Shown one piece after another: positions 26,101 to 37,815 of a stretch of DNA of 64,000 nucleotides. A model generated the notes under the pieces. That model did not search any database. It was given only the letters and a program-made list of their open reading frames with translations, and was not told the origin of the DNA. The stretch lies in the NCBI RefSeq assembly GCF_021869535.1, contig NW_026262593.1:32054001-32118000 (forward strand), given 5' to 3'. This DNA is from Mytilus californianus. Its lineage: Eukaryota. The first letter of the stretch is position 1; every line of letters begins with the position of its first letter. The position numbers and the translations under genes were made by a program.

Positions 26101-29100
26101 ATTTTTAGAACCTGTCCAGACTCGTTTAAAAGAGGATACCCGCAAATGGATTCTATTTGTTTAATATTAAATGGCTAACTATTTCATATAAAACAGTTTT
26201 TTTTTATGAGAATCTTAAAATACAATACTTGAATCTTTAGTCAATGATCATCATAGTCCAGTCTAAGAGGATTTTAACATAGTTCTAGAGATTTTGACAT
26301 TGAGGTCAACAGCATGGATTTCAAAATTCCATTTATTGCGTTAAGTGCTCAGCCAGAAACATTGGGTACTTTATTTCAATGTCAAACTATATTTAGGTCA
26401 CTATTTACAATGTGATTGGCATACCTACAAAAGAGAGGCGAAAGTTACCAAAGAAATAGCCAAACACATGAGTCAAAAACAAACTGACAATAAGTTGGCA
26501 AAAACGGAAAACGGCAAGAAGACAAACAACAGTACACAAAACACAACATAGAAAACTAAAGACTGAGCAACACGAACCTTATCAAAACGGGGTAATCTTC
26601 GAAAGGTTACAGATCCTGCACCCGCAGTGTTGCTCATGTAAGCACAAAGCTGGTGATAAGTCTCAATCGGTATTTCACATTCGAGGAAAAGACGACGGGA
26701 TTCTGGTTACGATAATTGGAAAATATCCGTCGTCATCTGTAAATAAGATATTGAACAACAGTCAAATAACCAATATAAAAAGAACAGAAATGTCGGATAA
26801 ATCGTTGATTTAAAGACGGTTGAAGAACACCTCTACAGAGCAGTTTGGTTGGTAAAAGGTTCCTTATATGTTCAAGATAGTGATGCGCGTGTTGCTCTTT
26901 AGTATTTAATGAACTTGTTTGTCTGCGTTGCTTTTGGTTTCTCCCATGGAGACTCATACATTTCAAATGTCTCCTTGGTATCTTACGGCTCTTTTTCTTA
27001 AGATAGATGATTACACTATAGGAGAAATATCATCTGAAATATTTAAGCTTGTCTAACACCTTCAAGTTAACGAGTGACTTAATATATTCTTCTCTTTGAA
27101 ACATTACTGGCAACTTTTCTATTGCTATCTGAGTGTGATATAGTATTGTCACTAGATTGTAAATTTTCTTTTGTAGTGTCGTATACTTTTCAAAATTAAC
27201 ATTTTTGGACATCAATGGTAATTCAGGTAATATCTATACATATAATTTTTACTAAAACTAAATTTAAGCATCAACTTGCCACATAAGTCCTATGTATAAA
27301 ACACGCATATTATTTTCTTACAATACATAATTTGATACAAGATAAAATAGAATGTAATATAAATATTCTTACGTATGCTGGACAGACTTGTATTTGTTTG
27401 GGGAATGTGCAATGCAATGACATCTACTATTTAGTAGACCAACCAGTATTAGACCGTATGATTTCTATTGAGCATGATCAGTACTTTTCGCTTGTTAACA
27501 GTAACTTTGAGCATTTTTTCATAGGGCATTATACAATGCTTTCTTTGGTTTACACTTGTACATACCACCTTGTCGAAATAAATGTCCTAACCTTTTCATG
27601 TAAACACGGTCGTTTTCTGTGTTTTACACGAAACATAAGAAATGCATGTACCAAGTCAGGAATATGACAGTTGTTTTCCATTCGTTTGATGTGTTTGATC
27701 GTTTGATTTTGCCATTTGATAAGGGACTTTCCGATTTGAATTTTCCTTGGAGTTCTGTATATTTGTTTTTTTTTTTTACTTTTTGTTGTGATCTTTTCAT
27801 GCTCCATACACATGAGTTGAATCCTAATGTTTATAACGTTTAGATAAACTAAAAAAAACAACATTTTGGTGGAGAATTATAAGGAGTTTTATTCAGATGC
27901 TAATTAATCGATCCAAGTTTGCATGTCAATAATCTCTAAAAAAAATAATCCTATAATGTTTTTTCATATGTGGCATACATTTGCCTTGTTTACAGGTCAT
28001 ACACAATTGTTGTTTGTACTTTTGACTTCTCTCGTCGTTGGTGCTTCCTCATTGATGTACATTTCCTTTTGCATGTGTATTCATATTTGACAGATTTATA
28101 AAAAATTATCATGATTTTCGAGGAAGCACAAAATTGCTTCAAAAACGCCTATGCCTGAAAATGTTGCTATTTTTTTTTGCAGCTGTTACACAAAGTGAAA
28201 AATTAATGTAAGTTTCAAGTTAATTAGTTTCCTACAGAGTACTTACAAAATCACTAAAAATGACGCATCCAAAAGAATTACCTCTAAGTTAAAGAAAATT
28301 TTGCATACAATATTGCCATTCAGACGAAATCTGTAATATATCAAATACCAATAGATGACCTTACATTTTGTAATCTTAAGCTGCAAAACTTAACCAAGTA
28401 AATCTTTAAACTTGCTTTGGGATTTAAGCATCATAAAACATAGACTGAGATGAACTTAAGTAACTTATGAAATAATTAAGAGATACAATATATCAATTTA
28501 CTTTTTCATAATTGCTACTATTGACTGATTGATTGGTGTTTTACACTATTGCGCTATTTCGTGGCGTTCAGTTTTTATCATTGGAGGCAGCCAGAGTGCC
28601 CAAAGAGAACCTTTATTGAAACTGGGTCTTCATTTTAGTCTACAATGTGATATTTGTTTCTTTAATTTGAAAAGTACCTTATTAAAAATAAATACAATTG
28701 CCAATGAAACTGTTAAGAAGCATGAAACATGAATTTTCAGATAACACCTGTTATTTAAATTAATAACCGGAACATCCGGTCCATCACATGTCTTATAAGA
28801 TTCACGGTCACAATTATAAATTGATTGACTGATACGATGTGTCGGTGTCTCAACTCACTAGCGATATGTTTTTGCGGTCTTAGTTCTTATGGAACCGGTC
28901 TATTCGTCTGATCTGTAATTTTACCGAATGTGCCCTATATCCGATTGTGACATTTATGCTGATCGTGAATTAGTGATAAATGCATAGCAGAAGACGCTTT
29001 CCCTGTCGACCCACCGGGACTCGCTCCATTTGGAGTTTATGTGATCCCTTCAGTTTTTTTAATGATATCTTGATTTGGCTCTTCCTAATCGAATTACGAA

Positions 29101-29269
29101 ATTCGAACACTGAAAAACTACTGTCTCCTCAATTTAATATATCATAATAATGAAAATATCATTTGTCAATGAGTTAATTGCCAATATTGATTTTTTACAT
29201 TTCAGATGATGTTTTGCAATGCTGTGCATCAACCAATTTACATAAATCTTTATCTTTATCAAATTTGAT

Positions 29270-29422
29270 TATAACTGGGACAACCGTGACATAAATAACA
29301 TTCAGCCGAACAGTAGATGTGCAATGGGAGATTGCATTCGAATGGAATCCAATCAGTTGTTCTATTGGCATGATTATGAAACTTCATATGAATATGGTGT
29401 CATCTGCGAACAAAAAGATTAA
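29270..29422 (+). pseudogene. Orphan 3' fragment of a C-type lectin paralogous to 47859-48572
   Basis: YNWDNRDINNIQPNSRCAMGDCIRMESNQLFYWHDYETSYEYGVICEQKD* aligns with NNWDTRDTNNIQPNSRGVTGDCIGMESTYEFYWHDFESSYKYGVICEQRD*. There is an in-frame TAA at 29243-29245 just upstream, and no 5' homology is visible. Confidence 0.8.
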
Positions 29423-32400
29423 CAGAATACTCCTGAAAACTATTTCTTACTGCATGTAGGCACGTTTATATTTTGTTTTTCAATAATATAATTTTAGTTA
29501 AGGATGATATGTTTCAAACTATTGAATAAAAAGCTATCCAAAGAAGAAGGTTCGATAAATCCCCAAAATACCCCTTTTCCTAGCCATTTCTTAATTTTTG
29601 CATGTAGTGTGTAATACCCCGCAATTAATTATAATTCATCATAGTCAAACAATGAATAGATAGAAATTACATTTTTTTAAATTTTGCGTACATGTATCGG
29701 TGTTCCTTTTGTGACGCAACTATTAGCATAAGTTTCAATCTTCTAACAATTTCGATTTAAAGAAGTCCAATTAACAATGGTTTTCGGGACTGGAAACACG
29801 TAGAGCTAGCGTGGACAAGGAAAACCTTATACCCTGAACTGCAGTCAAGTTTAGCATTTGGTAATTCATTGATAACACTCTGGCGTATCACAAACAAACA
29901 ACTTGTAACGTCCCATTCAAATACAACAACAATCGTAGTGTGCACGTGAATTGACACAGGTGACCGACAATGGAATCTACTATGTTTTACTACGAACGTA
30001 AACAGGTTTGTGTACTGCTGTGTTGTCGCCTTATTTAAAAATAACGGGGTCGAAATATTATCCTTGTGATATTTTTTTTTATTTATAAATGTTCTCCATG
30101 CAACAACCCAATTATCATGTACCGGATTATGAAAATATAAGGATACATACATGTGTCACATTTATACTGATAAATAATTGAACCACTTTTAAATTTCTTT
30201 CACACTGACGGGATACAATTATATCCTACCTTATTGTCCCGACAATGTTGTAGCTACATGTAATAAAGATCTCATAATAAAAATAATTCATGATGGGTTG
30301 CACATTTCTCCCAAAACTTGGAATTGAATGAATTTACCGAGAGACATAAAATTGAAGGTTAACAAATTTAGTATGCTTATTTTAAATGAAGTACAAAATA
30401 ATGCATGTACAATAAACTGTTAAACGAAATATAAAGAAATTAAGGATGACAAAATAAATGTACAAGGAGGGACCCACCTTTCACTTTTTTTTATAATACA
30501 TTTAATGAATGAACACAATTTCTTTAGAAATGTTCAATTGATTGTTTTTCATTACCAATCAGCGAGTTCGTTGACAAAATACTTGGTTTTCTATGTTAAC
30601 CTATGTAAATATTTTCATCACCTACATCGCCGGAGTTACAAACATGTGTAAAGTACATTTCCTTTCATTGTGGCCAGTGTTTTGGTATCTCCATTTTCCT
30701 CTAAAGAAAGCATGGTTACCTGCTCCGAATTTACTTAGAATTCGTTTTTTTTCAAAATTAAGTAAACCTGGGACTATTATACTAAAATATATTATGTCCC
30801 AGAGTAAACTGAATATAAAGAAGAAAAAAACACTATCCAAAGTCAAATCCATAAAATCCCAAAACTTCCTAGTTTTTAAAAGCCATGAAATGATATGTAA
30901 ATCTAAGTTGTCATTTGTGATTCTATTTTCATATGTCTATGTAGTTTCATATTAATAAAAAAAAAAGGTTTAGTATACGCAAGATTAGTTTAAGGGTCGA
31001 GGAGGAGGCTGTGATTTACTTACCATAGAATATGAATATTGAACACAAAACCTTATTTATGTGTGTAGTTAATTACGGTCTCATTTACGTTTATCCAACA
31101 GCCTCGAGTCCTTTCATTCATATTTCCTAATTTGATCTCATTGCAACCACATGATGATGTAACTCAACAGATAGAAAAGGTGCACGGGGTTAGTCCAGAA
31201 CTACTTGAGAGGATACAGTTGGTTTCAATATATTTCGCCTTGAAAACTGTTAAGAGTCTTTGTTAAAAAAAAAATTTAATTAAAAATAAAAGGACCTTAT
31301 TAGAACTTTTGCACACAATTATGATATAAATAAATTTCACATGCACATGTATATAATTTAGAACGCCTTGAGATAATCAAGTACACAATCATGTACGTGA
31401 TCATTCAACTTTCGATCGTTTATAGTACGCGTGTTTTGTTTTTTAGCAGGTGTGCTTGGGCGGGGCTTAACTGAGTTTATTTGAGGTCGAAGGTTTGAAT
31501 TGACCAATGACAACACTCGTTCCTTAACGAGTTGATCTAATAAAGTTTGTTTGACTGATTATGTCGCACGGCCTTTCGCTAAGCTTGACCGCAGTTAAGT
31601 GTAACATTATCTTTTTTAGTGGCGAATAACATGCATGTCTGACCTGTCTTCTATGTTTCCTAAGCCTAAATTCGTTTTTTTTTTTTGCAAGTTTCATTTA
31701 GAACAATGTCACAAAATCAACCTTTTTCAATTTATCAGTTCACTTGATGACATATTTTCTTTCTTGAACTAATAGACTTGATATTTGAGGCCAAATAAGA
31801 CCTTAAAGTACACCCCCGTTCACTGTTCAGTCAAACAAAGGCAGATAGAAAATTCACAAATAAACTGAGCTAATTTCAGATAATACGAAGAGAAAACACT
31901 GTATAACATGTAGAAAGGTATAAACGAATTACAAGCAGCGGCTTATCGTTTTTGCCAACGATTTGATTTACATAAGATATAATTGCGGATTCGTATGGTG
32001 TCAATAGCAAACCATATAACTTATAATATACACTTCTTTTATAACACTTTTCTGGGATGAGAACATACTGTAGAGGAAATAAAAGTCGATTGAGCAGTTT
32101 CGATGTTTTCACTTAGAGATGCTGATTACTTTAGTTATTTAGATCCGCTTTCTCCATTATCAAGAGTGTTATTGTATCCTGGTGTAAGAGTATTGTTTTT
32201 ATACGACAAAAGCCGACACAGAAGTCTCTTAAAAGTTTTATTTATATTTGCGAAGAAAACTGTATCTACATTTATTTATTACATTAGGACAACTCAAAAT
32301 TCTAGTAATTATAGTATTTCTTCTAACTTTCATTAAATATAGTATATTAGTAATTTGTATTCACTACATATGAAATGTGTATATATGGCTATATGGTATA

Positions 32401-32899
32401 TATGTGAAAATTCAGTACACACAATATTATCTTTACTAAGACATTTATATTAGATATTGAAACTTATTATTATCACCAAATAAAATTAAACTACCGCCAA
32501 AACATTACAGTAAAACTTTATAATTCATGCGTCCTTTCGGAGAAACGATCAAAGCTTAATATTTTTGAAAGCCAGCGATGTATATGAAATGAAACAGTTG
32601 AAGAGCCAAATGACCAAAATGGACATAAAAATAACAGCCAATCCATCTAAAGTCAATTTTGCCTTAGGGTGTTGAAACACTAATAATTTCCAACTTTTTG
32701 CGTGCTCCATCTTATAGTAAAACTTAATATATTTTTATGTGTAGTGAATATCAGACAGGGATATTTTAAACCAATGGAAATAAGAGAAATCTTAAAAGAA
32801 ATGGTTATTATAGTTTTTAGACAGAGATCACAAAGTGCTAAAACATTTCTTAGAGTTTGCTCACGTTAAGAATCATTCGAACCAAACATCAATATGTCG

Positions 32900-33240
32900 A
32901 TACCTCTGGTGGTGGACTGTTAGTCCCCAAGGGTATCACCAGCCCAGTCGCGAGTACTTCGGTACTGGATTGAAAATAAGGATTTTGTGTTATCAAAATT
33001 TGCTGTTACAAAATTTTTGAAATTGTTTTAAATTAAGGAATATATCTCCCTCATACAACGCTCTGATTCCGTGCCCAGATTTGGCTATACTTTTTTGTCC
33101 TTTTTTGGTTGATAGCTCTTCACCTTTTAATAAGCTATGCATTTTCAAATATTTTGGCCTCGAGCATCACTGAAGAGGCATTTATTGTCGAAATGCACAT
33201 CTGGTGCAGAAAAATTGGAACCGTTAATGTTATTACAAGT
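32900..33240 (+). mobile_element. Divergent retrozyme-family copy ending in a hammerhead
   Basis: Shares ggtggac...gtcccc(a/g)agggtatcaccagcccagt...acttcggt with the 12005-12509 core. Confidence 0.6.
33164..33207 (+). ncRNA. Type-I hammerhead ribozyme variant, predicted cleavage after AUC at 33201
   Basis: gcatca CTGAAGA GGCA tttat TGTC GAAA T gcac ATC tggtgc. All three stems pair despite sequence change relative to the 12077 copy. Confidence 0.75.
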
Positions 33241-34407
33241 AAACACAATTATACATACTCACAGGGTATGGCAAGTTTCAAATTTAAAAAAAAGAGGTAT
33301 TTCCTAATGCAAAATTTCAACTTTAGCTGTTATATATATATTCATTGTGATTGTAAAAAGTTCGATTCCTTAAATAAAGGTGTAATCAGTCTTTTCATAC
33401 AGCGATATGTAATCCTATGAAAGTAGAGTGCCATAGTTATCTTTTCCGTTGAACCAAGTTAAAATACTGGGTGCAAAATGCAAAATGCCAATACAAATAA
33501 TTGCATGTTTCACTGAGTATACATTGCTGGTTTTGTTAAATATTCTTGATTCGTTTAAGGAATATAAAGGCAAATGACAAATATATGCCTACTTTCAATT
33601 CTTTGAAACGCGGATGCCAAAAACCTGCTTACTCTCCTGGATTTTAGTCAGGATTGTGAAGCTCAGTCGATGGATTTTAGGTTGTGTTTTGGACACTGTT
33701 GTTCGTCTTTTGACCATTTTTTGTAATTGCCATGATTTTTTCGGTTTCTGTTTTTTGACTTGTGAGTTTTGATTTCCCTTTTTGTATCTTTCGCCTCTTT
33801 TTGTGTTTTACCAAATAGGTATCATAAAAACCTATTGAATAATTTCAATAGAAAAATGTAGAATATTTTGTAATCTTATAGCCAGTCTGTATAACCGCAT
33901 ATAAACAATCGTGTTATTGTTTTGTCAATAAAATCCGAGAGGTGTGAAATAAATTATAGATCTGTAGAACAGAGGCCCTTTTTACGAAACATCTTACGAT
34001 AAAAACTGATCGGAAGTTATAATGAAATTTTTCTTATTTTTGAGTGGTTTTTTTAAAATTGATCGCGGAGCTTTATAATTGTAAATTCAAACACAGAATA
34101 GAAATTTACATTCAGTTTCTGGATCCAGGAATTTGCTGAACAAGACAAGTAGTCACGGTCGTTACATTTTAAGCTAATGTGAACATCTCTTGAATATGAC
34201 ATTAGAAATATTTGTTGGTAAACTTTATTTTACTCAGTTTAAATATATATATTCCAACGTCAAAGTATTTAGAACTAAGTGAGTAACTACACAGTCTAAA
34301 AGCATGGGCACGGTCACAGTGGAATTGATCTATTAACGAATGACCTGATTCAAAATATTGATATTTTAACATGAGCTTCAAGAGTGGCCCGTTGATTGTT
34401 AAACTAT

Positions 34408-34564
34408 TATACACCTATTGACTGGGTGTGAGGGTAATAGCTAGTTTGTTGTCCCTGAGATACTTACTATTGCTCGAGGCGAAGCCGAGGGCAATAGTTG
34501 GTATGCGAAGGGACAACAAACTTGCTATTACCCGCACAACCAGTCATTAGGTGTTTTATTATAC
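34408..34564. repeat. Crypton junction hairpin H1
   Basis: cacctattgactgggtgtgagggtaatag...gtttgttgtccct / agggacaacaaac...ctattacccgcacaaccagtcattaggtg around the core ctattgctcgaggcgaagccgagggcaatag. Confidence 0.9.
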
Positions 34565-36565
34565 TGAACAACACAACTTTCAAAGAAATCTTCAAACACC
34601 TTCTGACACATCTAAATTAGCAGAGCTATACCATACTGTTTGTACATTGTACAAGTGCATGCACAGTAGTATTGACAAATTTCACCAGTTTAGTTTCCTG
34701 ATGCATATGGTATCTTAAAAAAATAGTAAACAACATTGTATGGTTTAATGACTGTATTTTCAACAAAATATAACAAGAAACATATTGAATAATAACTGAC
34801 TCACTAAAGTTACTGACTGACTGAATTTACTCACTTCTCGAAATGAAAATGTATATTGGAATTGTTAATGTTTTGTATTGAAAATCCAGGCAATGGAAAA
34901 CAAGTTATTATTTACACCAACTGTTGAACTACATGAGGTGGGAACAATATTTTGAATGTTTGTCTGATTTGACTCATAGCTTGAAATGTCCTGTAATATT
35001 TGACCAAATTCAACATCATTAGAAAGTAAGTCAAAGCCATTATCACATATTGATGTTGTATCCTGAGTTTTAACTCTTTTTTCTGATAATTCACCATTCA
35101 AACTTGTTGCACTCTGAATAGTTTCACTCAGAATGTTTGACATTTCATATTTTTTAGTACTACTGAGACGCTTGCAATAGGACATACCTGCTATTCAGAT
35201 TTGTGGCCGCTAAGTCCCATAATGTGTCGAGTTTCAATACCCCCCTCATCCAAAACAGTTATGCATGTAGTGCGTATGCAATGATTTGTGTATCGTCGAG
35301 ACAAACCACACTCTTCACTTATTTTAGCCATTAGATTTCCAAGAGTATTTTTTCCAACTGGACTATTGTCATTGTAGTTTTAGATGCAAGCTTTGGCCGC
35401 TGCCAAAAATCTGTTCTATCTGGATGCAGCTTACTAAAATACTTGGTGAAAGATCTAACAGGGCAATTGGCACTCCCTGGAAAAAAGGATAGACACTTTT
35501 AATAGATAATATAAGTTTTACAGATAATTGTTTTTTGGTGTGATTTTTTTTATACATTGTTCCTGCAATTTTTGAGAGAGTTTTGAATTTACTTAATTTC
35601 AGTTAAAAGAAATAAACAACTTACACTTTCCCGTAATTTCCTATGTCACATTGCTGATGTTACAGTATTATTCACAGTAAAAACCAATGTTTGATGATGT
35701 CAGTTACGTTATGTTGATTGACCTCTGGTCAACTGGTGTAACTCATTGAAAAAGATACATGTACATGTCTTATATATAATGCTGTCTCATCAGTGAGTCA
35801 AGTGCAATGTACTTTAAATTTACAATGTATATTCACAGCTACAAATGTACTTTTTTGTAATGATTGTTTTTTTTCTTTTGGTGTAATGAATTTTAAGTTG
35901 AAACTTTTAGTTAAAATGTGCATTCATGTACGCACTTATAATGTATATATTACAATGTAAACACTGAACATGCAGAACTGTACATGTAGGGTATATTCTT
36001 TTATGTCCGGATGAAACATGATCATCATCAAGAAAAAATAATGCCATTTAAAAAACCAAGAGAGCAGTTTCATTATGGCTGGTACCTTAACTTGTTGAAC
36101 AGTAACTTCAAATGTGAAAGACTCATTATAGTATGGATTCAACATGAACTTCTTTATCATGGTTTAAGCAGCATGTATTTAATCTATTAATCTAAATATT
36201 ACCAATAAATAATTTACCTGGAATTTCATACACCTGCCATCTTTATCATCAACATCTGTAAAGTCGTCCCCTCTATGATTTTTGGTCTGCCGTACCACCT
36301 TAACTCTGACATACCGCAGTCCTTTTGCGTCTCTTTTCAACTCGAAATCATCCCTTTGAACATCCCGGATATTCTCTCTGCCTCTATTACAGAAGTAATA
36401 CAAATACTCAAAAAACACTCTCTTCTGTAATGCCTCAGGTGTGTTAAGGGAAAAATGTTCATGTTTATATAATTTCTGTAAGTCTTCAGGACAAATTGGC
36501 TCCTTGTGATTAACAGTGGCCTTTCCTTCTTTCTTCATCGCCACCAGTAGTCTTACGAAATTGGA

Positions 36566-36818
36566 TGCGCATGCGCTAGTTAATAGTCGACTTTTTGTGA
36601 CAGCTCAAAATTTTCAGCAAATTTACAGGACAAAGACCATATATCCTTTAATAATTTATCATAGTATTACTCAAAACATTGCTATACATTCATATAATAC
36701 AAAACATAAACTTTTCCTACCTGGAAATCGTATTTAGCAGAATTTAAACTACCAAACATTTTTGACATTTGGCGGGTAATTTTGTATCGTTTACATTAGA
36801 GACAACCCTCACTTCCGG
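36566..36818 (+). promoter_or_regulatory. Putative LINE internal promoter: NRF1-like TGCGCATGCGCT (36566-36577), E2F-like TTTGGCGG (36768-36775), ETS-like CACTTCCGG (36810-36818)
   Basis: Motif matches in the 5' UTR only; no functional evidence. Confidence 0.35.
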
Positions 36819-36848
36819 TGCAAAAAAAAACAACTGTGCCGACCTCAA

Positions 36849-37628
36849 ATGAGCAGCAAACTGAGAAAATACATAGCCCAACAACCACAAATACCAAAAG
36901 GATTCAGGTAAAGAACACCTATATTAATATCAGACAGTAAAGGTTATACAATTCGAAACGCCTGTGCACAAAACGAATTTCCCATCGAATCGTGGTGTAA
37001 AGCAGGTGCACGTACATCAGAACTCGTTGATATTATCCAAGAACGGATAGAAAAAGCAATAAAACGCCATAATCAGATCGTAATATATCTATGGTCAGGA
37101 ACCTGTGATTTGACCATCAAAAAAGGCAAATATATATATCTTAGAAACAGAGACAACAAGACCATCGAACAAATAGAAAAACAATACATCAGAGCCATTA
37201 AAATAGTAGAAAAATACCCAGCAGCAGAGATTAAACTTATTGACTGTCCAATATTGTCAATTGTGAGCTATAGCAAATACAAAGGCCACAACAATCCAGA
37301 AACATTTAAAACAGATGATTTTCAAATAACAAGGCAAATTAAACACCTAAATACCAAAATCATCGAAATAAATAACAGGCTGAACAAGAACACGATCAAC
37401 ATCAGCAAATACTTCTTTCGAGGCAGAAAAAGTAAAAAAGGCAGTACACGTAGGTCCGTCAAGATTACAATTAACAAGAGAGACGGAGTACATCCAGGAC
37501 AACTCCTAAGCCTAGTCATTGCCAAACAAATATTGATAGACACATACAGTGAGTGTTACCATATAACACAGGAATCTGAACTTGTTACACTTAGGGTGGA
37601 GGAAGAAGAACTCCTTACTCTTTTCTAA
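36849..37628 (+). pseudogene. LINE ORF1, SGNH/GDSL-type esterase, with one premature stop (TAA 36909-36911)
   Basis: ATG 36849 is in frame with the track ORF 37110-37628. Blocks ILISDSKG (I), AGART (II), SGTCD (III) and DGVHP (V) are present. Confidence 0.75.
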
Positions 37629-37815
37629 GAGCACCTACCAAACACAAGAGGAATGTACTGGAAGAGGGAGCAACAACCGTGGAATTTATAGTAAAGGGTT
37701 TAGGTGAGTTTATCTTATCAGTCTTTACTATAAATTGCATACACGGGCCAAGTGATGCTATAACTACCATATACCATAACATCAGCACTCTTTTTCAGCA
37801 AGATCCCAAGATTGT

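Noticed and set aside
26733-27215. Two adjacent minus-strand ORFs that could be a decayed gene
   Set aside because: No recognisable motif and no consistent splice or frame structure.
29757-30152. 131-aa minus-strand ORF, and a plus-strand GFRDWKH resembling a hAT TTF-type zinc-finger piece
   Set aside because: Only one short motif, without the flanking Cys/His residues; not supportable.
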